This document shows, piece by piece, positions 49,495 through 58,713 of a stretch of 64,000 nucleotides of DNA (positions are counted from its first letter, which is position 1; each line of letters opens with the position of its first letter). A program made the position numbers and the translations under genes. The notes beneath the pieces are model-generated. The model searched no databases and was not told where the DNA came from. It saw only the letters and a list, made by a program, of their open reading frames with translations. This stretch comes from an uncultured Acidimicrobiales bacterium. Lineage in GTDB: Bacteria > Actinomycetota > Acidimicrobiia > Acidimicrobiales > UBA10347. The DNA lies in NCBI GenBank assembly GCA_937941245.1, contig CALDYC010000023.1:3643-67642 (forward strand). Direction: 5' to 3'.

Positions 49495-49700
49495 TCGCTG
49501 ATTCGGCGCACAGGACGGTCCTGGTCCAAACCAGCCCCTTCCTCGAGGGTCATGGTCTGTCTCAACCGAACGCGACCGGACTTATCCCCAAGGGGCATCA
49601 CCGTTGCGGGACAGCGCCGGAATTACACCGGACTTCGGCTCGCTTGAGAACGACGTGAGCGTACCGATATCCCGGGTCGTGGCGACGCGGTGCACACACG
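49495..49700 (-). ncRNA. Probable cobalamin (AdoCbl) riboswitch in the 5' leader of the btuF-like gene; boundaries approximate
   Basis: The minus-strand RNA reads ...AAGTCCGGTGTAATTCCGGCGCTGTCCCGCAACGGTGA..., matching the conserved core GGTGnAAnTCC ... GCTG.CCCGCAAC.GT.A. The proposed B12-box region is divergent. A downstream hairpin (TCCTGT / ACAGGA) can sequester the SD AGGAG. Confidence 0.55.
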
Positions 49701-49738
49701 ACGGGTCCACCCGTCAGTTCGCGTGCAACCGTCTGGCT

Positions 49739-50623
49739 CTATACCACTGGGTCGCTTGATGTAACTGGGGCGCTTGATGTAACTGGGGCGCTTGCAGGCG
49801 GCAAGTCCATGAACGGCGACAACAAACCATCGATGTTTGGACCGCGACGAAGGTGGTGTCCCCCGTCAACCGGAAGCACCACGCCCGTGATCCACGTCGA
49901 CAGCGGGCCGCACAAAAAATGGACCGCCTCGCCGATGTCGTCAGTCGTTCCACGACGGCCAAGCGGCATGTTCTGCCAATAGTCATGGTTCACCGCTTCG
50001 GTTTCTTGCAACACCGTCGAAAGGTCAGTTTCAACAATGCCGGGGGCAACGGCGTTGACGCGCACGCCCAGCGCTCCCATTTCGTCCGCTGCGTTGCGAA
50101 CCAACATGTTCAGGCCCGCCTTACTCGCGGTGTACGCGTGCATAAAGCGGTGGGTGTGTGAACCCGCAATCGACGAGACCGCGCACATCGTGCCTCCACC
50201 GTTCTCGGCGAGCAGACGGCCCCCGTGCTTGAACGTCAGGAACGAGCCAGTGAGGTTCGTGCGCAGCACGTCGTTCCAGTCGTCCAGCGACGTTTCGGTC
50301 AACAGCCCCGCACCGCCCGTGCCCGCATTGGCGACAACCGAGGTCAGCGGCTGGCGGTGGTTCGCAGCCTCGAGCGCAGCCTGAAGACCATCTTCGTCTG
50401 CGACATCAGCGGCAGCCACGTCGGCATGATCGCCGAGCGTGTTCGCTGCGTTTGTCAATTTGTCGGCGTTGCGGCCGCACAACGTGACCCGTCCGCCGCC
50501 AGCAACAAATGCTCGAGCGACGCCGAGGCCAATGCCCGAACCTCCACCGGTGATAAACGCATGAGTGTTGTTGGTCATGACCAGCGGATCCTTCGGTCGT
50601 TCTCGGAAGTCGGCCAGGCTCAC
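49739..50623 (-). CDS. SDR-family oxidoreductase with a repeat-encoded C-terminal tail
   Basis: MTNNTHAFITGGGSGIGLG ... YTASKAG. The true start is probably the Met at 50578. The tail ASAPVTSSAPVTSSDPVV comes from an 18-bp tandem repeat. Confidence 0.8.
   Translation of the reverse strand: MSLADFRERPKDPLVMTNNTHAFITGGGSGIGLGVARAFVAGGGRVTLCGRNADKLTNAANTLGDHADVAAADVADEDGLQAALEAANHRQPLTSVVANAGTGGAGLLTETSLDDWNDVLRTNLTGSFLTFKHGGRLLAENGGGTMCAVSSIAGSHTHRFMHAYTASKAGLNMLVRNAADEMGALGVRVNAVAPGIVETDLSTVLQETEAVNHDYWQNMPLGRRGTTDDIGEAVHFLCGPLSTWITGVVLPVDGGHHLRRGPNIDGLLSPFMDLPPASAPVTSSAPVTSSDPVV
49747..49796. repeat. About 2.7 copies of an 18-bp tandem repeat, ctggg(t/g)cgcttgatgtaa, at the 3' end of the SDR gene
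   Basis: Direct reading of the sequence. Confidence 0.85.
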
Positions 50624-50821
50624 CCACGCCGACCAACGATCGGGCCCCAGCTTACGCGGCTACCTCATCGCTCATGTCCAGTGAGACCACCGACGCCGGG
50701 CTCCACTTCCTGTAGTTCCTCACGCGTCGACTCCGTCGTGGCGGACTGCTCCACTCGCCGTCGACGAAGAGCAACCAAAGACGACATCGAACACACGTAC
50801 GATGACCGATACGATGACGTG

Positions 50822-53677
50822 ATGCAGGTCGCGACCGCATCGACGCAAGCAGCCGAGACCCACACGCTTCTTTCTCGCGCTCTGACTTTCATCGCGTCTG
50901 ATCCCCCACGATCGTCGTGGTTTGCATCATGGGACCCCGATCATCCCGGCGGGCTCGGCAACAAGACCACCGACGAGATCATGCTCACACTGCCCAAGCA
51001 GCGCGGAGCTCATCAGGTTCGGGTCGGAGCGAATCGTCTCGATCTCGCCTCGGCACTCGACCTGCTCACCCCGCTCGGGCGCGATCATCGAGCCGATCCC
51101 ACGGTGCACGCGTGGGCTCAGGTCACTCGTGCTGCGTTGTCCTTTATCGCAGCAGGCAAGGTTCTTCCGTGGGTCAGTCCTGACGGCTGGGATACCTGGC
51201 GGGTCGATCCCCTCGACGCCGCAGACCATGACCTGATCGCCGCGCTCGTCCGTGCGATGCCCGCCGCCTGTCATGCAACCCCGCTCGCAATCGCCGGTCG
51301 ACGAACACCGATCAGCGATCCAACGTTTGCCGTGCGGGCTGCGTGTGACGCGATTGCCGACACGTTCATTCGAACCCCGGCAGCTCGACGGGTCGGGTCA
51401 CTCACCCTGTTTGCCGACCCGGCGCCGACGCGCGTGCCGCATCTCCGCCCGTGGGTTGACGACCTGGCTGCTGCCCACTGCTCTACTGCTCGACTGGTGC
51501 TTCGAATGCACCCACCTGCCGACGGCGCCCCCGCTATGGACCAAACCGACGATCCAAACTGCCGGTGGACGATCCGTTTCCAGTTGCAGAGTCGCACCGA
51601 TCCGTCGTTACTCGTTGACGCCGCCGACTACTGGCACGCCCCCGATGCAGTCATCGAACGGCTGGGCCGCCAAGCCGAGACGGTGCTTCTGGCGGGACTC
51701 CGCCATGTAACCAAGACCGTCGAACCGCTCGCCGATCTGCTCGACGACATTGCTCCGACCTCAGCTCACCTTGACGATGCTGGCCTCGACATTTTGCTCG
51801 AACATCTCGACACCCTTGCCGACGCCGACATTGACGTTCGGTGGCCATCTGCCTTGGTGGCACCACGCATTGAGCGGCGCATGGTCATCTCTGTCGGTTC
51901 GCCCCAAAGTGGTGTCGCCTCAGCGCTCGACCTTGAGACGTTGCTCGACGTTGATTGGGAGTTCCTGCTCGAAGCAGTCCCACTCACTGGCGATGAACTC
52001 AAAATCCTGTCCGAAGCAAAGCGCTCGGTCGTGCCGTTGCGCGGCAGATGGGTCCGCCTGGATCGGATCACCCTCGAGCGGCTGCGGGCCCCCAAGCCCA
52101 AGATCACCCCAGCGATGGCTCTTGCCGCGGCGCTCGGGGCCGAGATCGACATTCCGCGACCTGACGAGATCGGGACCGACCCAAATGAGGTGATCGACAT
52201 CCGAGTCGAGGGAGGCATGCAAGAGCTCGTCGATCGTCTCCATGCACTCACCGGCGGGCGCGAAGCCGACGAGCCTGCTGCGCTCAATGCCACCCTGCGG
52301 GCCTATCAGAAGCGCGGCCTGGCCTGGATGTCAGACTTGTGCGAGCTCGGTCTTGGTGGTTGCCTGGCCGACGACATGGGGCTCGGCAAGACCATTCAGG
52401 TACTCGCGTTGCATGCCTCCATGCCCGATACCGGCCCCACCCTCGTCGTGTGCCCCACTTCGCTTCTGCGCAATTGGCAACGCGAAGCAGCCCGCTTCGT
52501 GCCCGGTGTCGACGTTCGGATCTTCCACGGAGCGAGCCGCACGCTCGACAACCTCGGTGACAACGACATCGTGGTCACGACCTACGGCGTCGTCCGAAGC
52601 ACCGCCGAGGAGCTCGACCAAATCAGATGGAATCTCGTCGTTGCCGACGAAGCACAACACGCAAAGAACCCGCGGTCACGAACCGCCCGCGCCCTGCGAA
52701 CAATCAGCCACGGCTCGCGTATCGCCCTGACCGGAACGCCGGTCGAGAACAAGCTGAGCGAACTCTGGTCAATCATCGACTGGGTCGTACCTGGCCTGCT
52801 TGGCCCACTAGAGACGTTCCGAAGGGTGACTGCGCTTCCGATCGAACGCGACGGCGACCGCAAAGCAACCGAGGCACTGCGCCGAATCGTCGAACCGTTC
52901 CTGTTGCGTCGCAAGAAAACCGACGAGGGCATTGCCCCCGAGCTCCCCGACAAGATCGAACGTGATGTGATCGTGCCGCTCACCGCCGAGCAGATGACCC
53001 TGTATCGAGCGACGGTCGATACATCGCTCGCCGAAGTTGCCCAAGCCGAGGGCATTGGCCGCCGCGGGCTCGTCCTCAAACTCCTGACCAACCTCAAACA
53101 GATCACCAACCACCCTGCGCAGTTCCTGGGTGAAACCGGCCCTCTCGCGGACCGCTCCGGCAAACTCGAAGCCCTCGACCGGTTGCTTGACCGAGCCGCA
53201 GCAGCCAACGAGTCCACGCTCATCTTCAGCCAGTACGTCGCCATGGGCCGACTACTGGTCGATCACCATCAGGCACAGGGACGTCGCATCGAGCTCCTGC
53301 ACGGCGGGCTCAGTATTAGCGCTCGTCAGGAACTCGTCGATCGATTTCAAAGCCGCGACCTCACGACCCTCGTGCTTTCACTCAAAGCAGGCGGAACCGG
53401 CCTGAACCTGACCGCGGCGTCGAACGTCGTCCACTACGACCGTTGGTGGAACCCAGCGGTAGAAGATCAAGCAACCGACCGGGCGTACCGCATTGGTCAA
53501 ACACAGATCGTCACCGTGCATCGCCTTATCACCCAAGGCACAGTCGAAGACCGAGTAGCTGAGTTGCTCGACGCGAAGCGCAAACTCGCTGACAGCGTCA
53601 CCGGTGGCGGCGAAAGCTGGATCGGCGAGTTGGACGACGACGAGCTAGCCGAACTCGTGCAGTTGGCGGTCGCCTGA
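50822..53677 (+). CDS. SNF2-family (SWI2/SNF2) helicase with an uncharacterised N-terminal region of about 520 aa; HelZ-like
   Basis: It has an SNF2 ATPase core with LRAYQKRGLAWM ... DDMGLGKTIQ (motif I) ... DEAQHAKN (motif II) and a helicase C domain. The first in-frame ATG after the overlapping upstream SDR gene is at 50822. Confidence 0.8.
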   Translation: MQVATASTQAAETHTLLSRALTFIASDPPRSSWFASWDPDHPGGLGNKTTDEIMLTLPKQRGAHQVRVGANRLDLASALDLLTPLGRDHRADPTVHAWAQVTRAALSFIAAGKVLPWVSPDGWDTWRVDPLDAADHDLIAALVRAMPAACHATPLAIAGRRTPISDPTFAVRAACDAIADTFIRTPAARRVGSLTLFADPAPTRVPHLRPWVDDLAAAHCSTARLVLRMHPPADGAPAMDQTDDPNCRWTIRFQLQSRTDPSLLVDAADYWHAPDAVIERLGRQAETVLLAGLRHVTKTVEPLADLLDDIAPTSAHLDDAGLDILLEHLDTLADADIDVRWPSALVAPRIERRMVISVGSPQSGVASALDLETLLDVDWEFLLEAVPLTGDELKILSEAKRSVVPLRGRWVRLDRITLERLRAPKPKITPAMALAAALGAEIDIPRPDEIGTDPNEVIDIRVEGGMQELVDRLHALTGGREADEPAALNATLRAYQKRGLAWMSDLCELGLGGCLADDMGLGKTIQVLALHASMPDTGPTLVVCPTSLLRNWQREAARFVPGVDVRIFHGASRTLDNLGDNDIVVTTYGVVRSTAEELDQIRWNLVVADEAQHAKNPRSRTARALRTISHGSRIALTGTPVENKLSELWSIIDWVVPGLLGPLETFRRVTALPIERDGDRKATEALRRIVEPFLLRRKKTDEGIAPELPDKIERDVIVPLTAEQMTLYRATVDTSLAEVAQAEGIGRRGLVLKLLTNLKQITNHPAQFLGETGPLADRSGKLEALDRLLDRAAAANESTLIFSQYVAMGRLLVDHHQAQGRRIELLHGGLSISARQELVDRFQSRDLTTLVLSLKAGGTGLNLTAASNVVHYDRWWNPAVEDQATDRAYRIGQTQIVTVHRLITQGTVEDRVAELLDAKRKLADSVTGGGESWIGELDDDELAELVQLAVA

Positions 53678-54795
53678 TGGCACGCGACTTCGGACGAACA
53701 TGGTGGGGCAAGGCCTGGCTCGATTCACTCGAAGCGCGAGCACTCGAAGACCCCAACCGTTTACCTCGGGGCCGGACCTACGCGCGACAGGAACGGGTCA
53801 CCGATATCGAACTGTCACCCGGCATGGTTAGCGCACAGGTATGGGGATCTGAGCCATATCGGACTTCGCTACATGTGCGGGTTTTGACCGACGAGCAGTG
53901 GAACGCCGTACTCGACGTCATCATGGCGCAAGCGTCACACGCAGCAACGCTGTTGGCAGGCGAGGTGCCGAGCTCGATCGGGCCGATGGTGTTGCCGGAC
54001 CGTGGTGATCTTGGCCCCGACTGCTCCTGCCCTGATTGGGCCGAGCTGTGCAAGCATGCCGCCGCGCTCTGTTACACCGCCAGCGATCTCTTCGATGCCG
54101 ACCCGTTCGCGTTGCTGACGTTGCGGGGGCGTCAACGAGACGACGTTCTCCGTGAGGTCAGACGCCGACGGGGACAACGACTCGGCGTCGACGATCAGAC
54201 AACGACTGCGACCCCCCGGGGCGCCGATCCGGGGATCTCGGCCAGTGCCGCGTTCAAACGCCCGGTCGAGACATTCGAACGCTCGGCTCCGATCCCTGAT
54301 CAACCCGCTCGGCTGCGCCCGCTCGCAGCTGGTCCACCAGCCGACTCGGGCATCGACCACGTCGAGCTCGACGAATTGGTCCACGACGCAGCTCGACGAG
54401 CATGGAACATGTTGGCTGACGGTCAAACAAGCGGACTGCATCTCAGTGTCGGCTCCGACGTAGTCCGCCGTGCCACCCACGGCGATATCGATCGGATTGC
54501 AACGGCCACACAACTCGATAGTGCAGAACTTCGCGCCGCTGCTCACGCATGGAACCGGGGCGGCCACGCTGGCTTCCGTGCGTTACGCGACCGATTCGAA
54601 TTGCCGTCGGCCGCTTTGGCTGGAGCAGCCCGCAACCTGGGCGATGGCGCAAAGCTGAGAGCCAACACCGTCACGAGCGGAACGACGCAGCTGCGCATCG
54701 ACCACACCGGGCAGTGGTGGCGTTTCGAACACGACGACGAACTCGGATGGCTCCTCGCCAGCGGCCCAGTCGACGACCCTGCTGACCTCACCTGA
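53677..54795 (+). CDS. SWIM zinc-finger protein
   Basis: CSCPDWAELCKHAAALCY is a SWIM CxC...CxH motif. Its start overlaps the helicase stop as ATGA. Confidence 0.75.
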   Translation: MARDFGRTWWGKAWLDSLEARALEDPNRLPRGRTYARQERVTDIELSPGMVSAQVWGSEPYRTSLHVRVLTDEQWNAVLDVIMAQASHAATLLAGEVPSSIGPMVLPDRGDLGPDCSCPDWAELCKHAAALCYTASDLFDADPFALLTLRGRQRDDVLREVRRRRGQRLGVDDQTTTATPRGADPGISASAAFKRPVETFERSAPIPDQPARLRPLAAGPPADSGIDHVELDELVHDAARRAWNMLADGQTSGLHLSVGSDVVRRATHGDIDRIATATQLDSAELRAAAHAWNRGGHAGFRALRDRFELPSAALAGAARNLGDGAKLRANTVTSGTTQLRIDHTGQWWRFEHDDELGWLLASGPVDDPADLT

Positions 54796-54890
54796 CCCGC
54801 CCCAATCGCTCTTACGCCTAGGTTGCGCGGTCGCACGGGACATACGCTGACAACCGACGATCACCTGAGATCGACGAGGCAGGGACGGCC

Positions 54891-56459
54891 ATGACATCGT
54901 TGACACTCGACAATGCCCACCAGGTCGTCACCGCGGCGTCGACCATTGTCGATCAGCTCATCAATGCAGCTCGTGTCGCTGGTGACCCCGATGCGAATCA
55001 ATCACGAATCTACGCTTTGGCCCACGCCGCTAGCGCGACGCAGATGGCCGAGACTGCGCTTGCATACGCCGAGCGGGGTCCCGACGAGGAACACCTCGCA
55101 CACATCTTCATCGGCCGTTTCGTCGCCGAACTGGCGGCAACGATCTGGACCAGGGGCAGCGACTGGGGCATTGCAGTCGACGCCCTCGATCCGCACCGCT
55201 CATATGTCTCACAGGCAACCGCACCGCACGTTGTCGCCGCCGCCGCCGACCTTGCCGGGTCAACCGGGATCGGCGACGACCTCGAAATGGTTGCCACGAC
55301 CTTCCGCCAGTTCGCTGCGGACAAAATCGCTCCCCACGCCGAGCAGATCCATCGCCATGATCTCGATATCCCCCAGTCGATCATCGATGCGGTCGCTGAG
55401 CTCGGCTGCTTTGGCTTATCGATCCCGACCGAGTTCGGTGGCTCAGCCAACGGCGACGCCAACGACTACATGGCGATGGTCATCGCCACCGAAGAGTTGT
55501 CTGCAGCGTCACTCGGCGCCGGAGGATCGCTTATCACCCGACCCGAAATTCTGGCGCGAGCTATCGAGGCCGGCGGGACTGACCTGCAGAAGCGAACGTG
55601 GCTTCCGTCGATCGCATCCGGAAGCACGCTGTGCGCCGTCGCGGTCACCGAGCCGGATCACGGCTCTGACGTCGCTGGTCTCAAGGTCAGCGCAACGCCG
55701 ATCGAGGGTGGCTGGTTGCTGAATGGAACCAAGACCTGGTGCACGTTCGCGGGACGCGCCAACGCCCTCATGGTTTTGGCCCGCACCAATCCCGACCTCA
55801 CAGCCAAGCATCGGGGGTTGAGCATATTGATCGTCGACAAGCCCAGCGACGACGGTCACGAGTTCCGCCACGAAGTCGACGGCGGCGTACTTGAAGGTCG
55901 AGCCATTCCCACGCTCGGCTACCGGGGCATGCACAGCTTCGAGGTCAGCTTCACCGACTGGTTCGTGCCGAGCTCTCATCTCATCGGCGGCGATGACGGC
56001 ATCGGACGAGGGTTCTACCTGCAAATGGCCGGATTCGAGAATGGCCGGCTTCAGACCGCCGCCCGCGCCGTCGGCGTCATGCAACGGGCATGGGAACTCG
56101 CACGAGAGTACGCCGCTGACCGAACCGTGTTCGGCGCACCGGTTGCCGACTACCAGCTCACCCAGGTCAAGCTTGGAACCATGGCGTCGATGATCCAGAT
56201 GAGCCGTCAGTTCTCGTACGCAGTCGCTCAGAAGATGGCGTCCGGTGACGGAGCGCTTGAGGCCGCCATGGCCAAGGCCTATGTCTGCAAAGCCGCCGAA
56301 TGGGTCACACGCGAATCGCTGCAAATTCACGGCGGTATGGGATACGCCGAGGAATATGAGATCAGCCGGCTCTTCGTCGATGCCCGAGTACTTTCGATCT
56401 TTGAAGGCGCTGACGAGACGTTGTGCCTGAAACTCATCGGACGACGGTTGATTGCGTGA
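54891..56459 (+). CDS. Acyl-CoA dehydrogenase-family protein with an N-terminal extension of about 140 aa
   Basis: It has the ACAD N-terminal, middle (beta-barrel) and C-terminal domains, for example WCTFAG and IFEGADETLCLKLIGRRL. Confidence 0.8.
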   Translation: MTSLTLDNAHQVVTAASTIVDQLINAARVAGDPDANQSRIYALAHAASATQMAETALAYAERGPDEEHLAHIFIGRFVAELAATIWTRGSDWGIAVDALDPHRSYVSQATAPHVVAAAADLAGSTGIGDDLEMVATTFRQFAADKIAPHAEQIHRHDLDIPQSIIDAVAELGCFGLSIPTEFGGSANGDANDYMAMVIATEELSAASLGAGGSLITRPEILARAIEAGGTDLQKRTWLPSIASGSTLCAVAVTEPDHGSDVAGLKVSATPIEGGWLLNGTKTWCTFAGRANALMVLARTNPDLTAKHRGLSILIVDKPSDDGHEFRHEVDGGVLEGRAIPTLGYRGMHSFEVSFTDWFVPSSHLIGGDDGIGRGFYLQMAGFENGRLQTAARAVGVMQRAWELAREYAADRTVFGAPVADYQLTQVKLGTMASMIQMSRQFSYAVAQKMASGDGALEAAMAKAYVCKAAEWVTRESLQIHGGMGYAEEYEISRLFVDARVLSIFEGADETLCLKLIGRRLIA

Positions 56460-56547
56460 GTTCGCACCGTCACCGACAAAACCTCACGCCCGCAATCCGC
56501 TGCGATCCAATGGGCATCTGAACCAGGTCCGCTGATAGCTTCGCTCG

Positions 56548-57942
56548 ATGATCGCTCGGTGGGCCTACAAGGACAAGGTCGCCGCCGTCTTCATCGCTGC
56601 CATGTTCATGCAGATCATGGATGGCACGATCATCAACGTCGCGCTCCCAACATTGGCCGACGAATTCGGCGTCCAAGCCCCCGAGATGGACTGGACCGTG
56701 CTGTCGTTCACGATCGCGCTCGGTGTTATGACCGCATCGGCTGGCTGGTTCGGAGACCGTTTCGGATTGCGCAAAGTCTTCCTGATCGCGCTCGGCGGAT
56801 TCATCGTCACTTCGGCGCTGTGCGGATCAGCCCAGTCGCTTGACCAGCTTGTCGCGAGTCGGGCACTACAGGGAGCATCGGCAGGTCTGATCACGCCCAT
56901 TGGCTCATCGCTGCTATTCAGCGCGTTCCCACTCTCTGAACGCTCGGTCGCGTCGCGCAAGGTCGTCACGGTCGCAGTCATCGCACCTGCCCTCGGGCCG
57001 ATCGTTGGTGGGGCAATTCTCGAGGTCACGTCGTGGCGGTGGATCTTCCTCGTGAACGTTCCAATTGGGCTCACCGCACTTGTTCTCGCTGCGATCTGGC
57101 TGCGCACAGACGACCCAGAGCCGACCGGCGCGTTCGACATCTCGGGCTTTGTGCTGCTGTGTGCCGGAATCGGACTTGGCATGTATGGCATTTCGCGCGG
57201 CGGCGAACGAGGCTGGAGCTCGCCTGCGATTCTGCTAAGTCTGGGAAGCAGCGTGCTTCTTCTGGCCATGCTGGTGCGGGTCGAACTGCGCAAGGCAACT
57301 CCGCTGCTGCAGTTTCGATTGCTTCGTGAACGCATGTTCCGAACGTGCAACGTGCTGTCGTTGCCGACCTACGCCGGATTCATGAGCCTGATCTATGTGC
57401 TCCCCCTCTTCCTGCAGGACGAAGCCGGCCATTCACCCCTCGAAGTCGGATTGGCAATGTTTCCCCAACCGGTGGGCGTGCTGGTCACCAGCCAAATCGT
57501 TGGGCGCTATCTGTACAAGCGCGTCGGGCCACGCCGTCTCATGTTGGCCGGGGCGGTGCTTGCCGGTGTGATCAGCGCGGGCATCGGATTGATCGATACC
57601 GACACCAATCTTCACGTCGTTCGCGTGGCCATGTTCGCCCGAGGCGCAGCAATGGGACTGTTCTTCGTACCGATACAGGCTGCGGTCTATGCCCGCATCG
57701 AGCCGCAAGTCATGACGAGGGCAACCGCGATCTATGGGACGTCCCGCCAGGTCGCGCCTGCGCTCGGCGTCGCAATTTCGTCAACCGTGCTTGCCGCCTC
57801 GGGTGGAACCAGCGTGCTCGCATCGGAGCGCCTCGGCGGCTATCAGGCTGCGATGTTTGCCGGCGCTGCGATGTTCGCGGTGGCTGCAGTCATCACGCTG
57901 TGGATCCGCGACGAAGACGCCGCCGCCACGATGGTGGATTGA
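56548..57942 (+). CDS. MFS transporter, DHA2 (EmrB/QacA-like) 14-TM family
   Basis: It is 464 aa with MDGTIINVALPTLADEFG and a motif-A-like GWFGDRFGLRK. Confidence 0.85.
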   Translation: MIARWAYKDKVAAVFIAAMFMQIMDGTIINVALPTLADEFGVQAPEMDWTVLSFTIALGVMTASAGWFGDRFGLRKVFLIALGGFIVTSALCGSAQSLDQLVASRALQGASAGLITPIGSSLLFSAFPLSERSVASRKVVTVAVIAPALGPIVGGAILEVTSWRWIFLVNVPIGLTALVLAAIWLRTDDPEPTGAFDISGFVLLCAGIGLGMYGISRGGERGWSSPAILLSLGSSVLLLAMLVRVELRKATPLLQFRLLRERMFRTCNVLSLPTYAGFMSLIYVLPLFLQDEAGHSPLEVGLAMFPQPVGVLVTSQIVGRYLYKRVGPRRLMLAGAVLAGVISAGIGLIDTDTNLHVVRVAMFARGAAMGLFFVPIQAAVYARIEPQVMTRATAIYGTSRQVAPALGVAISSTVLAASGGTSVLASERLGGYQAAMFAGAAMFAVAAVITLWIRDEDAAATMVD

Positions 57943-58136
57943 CCAGTTCGATCTCCAGCTGGGTGATTCCCGAGCGCGAGAACACCTCACGTTTGGTGCG
58001 CCTTTTGACCTATAGGCAGCCCGGTAGGGGCTTTCGGGCTGACGCCTTCGCGTGCAATGTGCCTCGGGCCCCATTGCCCAAATAGGTGAAAACCCTCACG
58101 GTGAATGCACACACCTCAATCACCTGGAGCACACCA

Positions 58137-58555
58137 TGAAGAAGATCCTGATCACCATTCTCACCGCAGTCATGTTGATGGCCACGGTGCTGCCAGCTGC
58201 GCCAGAAGCGCAGGCGCAACCCGGATCGCTGGGTGCTCTGCCACATTGGGAAGTGTGCAGCTTTAGCGCCACGTCTACAGTTCCAATCGATTCAATCATC
58301 GTGCTGACCGACACTGGCCAGGTCTCGAAATTCAGCCTGGGCAAGCTTCCACCGGCTGCTCGAATGGACGTCACGATTGTGGGCAGTGTCGACGTAGCCC
58401 TTCTCACCGCTGGCGACCAGAACGAAGTCTTCTTCCGGGAACTCACCATTCCGAACGAGTGCAAGGACCAACCCGCTCGTTTGCTTCGCACCCTCCCCAC
58501 GTTCCTTACGCCACTGACCTTCAGCCGTCCAGCGTTGCGCATCGCTTCTCGGTGA
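58137..58555 (+). CDS. Small secreted protein of unknown function
   Basis: There is an RBS GGAG 8 nt upstream. MKKILITILTAVMLMATVLPAAPEAQA is a signal peptide with an AxA cleavage site, leaving a mature part of about 110 aa. Confidence 0.5.
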
Positions 58556-58601
58556 CACACGGGTCGTAGCGCCCGGTCTCCAGACGATGAGAAAGTGACA
58601 T

Positions 58602-58650
58602 AGCAAGGTCGGCGAGTGAGCGCACTCGCCGACCTTGCTCATTTCTCGTC
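58602..58650 (+). terminator. Perfect 17-bp-stem hairpin (AGCAAGGTCGGCGAGTG-agcg-CACTCGCCGACCTTGCT) followed by CATTTCTCG; a likely intrinsic terminator
   Basis: Direct reading. It lies about 45 bp downstream of the secreted-protein gene stop. Confidence 0.6.
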
Positions 58651-58713
58651 AATGAGCGACGAACACTGTCCCGAACAACGCCTCGCGACCGGTGAGACGC
58701 TTACGCTGACCCC

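Noticed and set aside
50225-50821. N-terminal 200 codons of the 1150-aa ORF preceding the SNF2 helicase
   Set aside because: This part overlaps the minus-strand SDR gene (49739..50623) antisense and has no start before 50822. I treated it as an over-extension.
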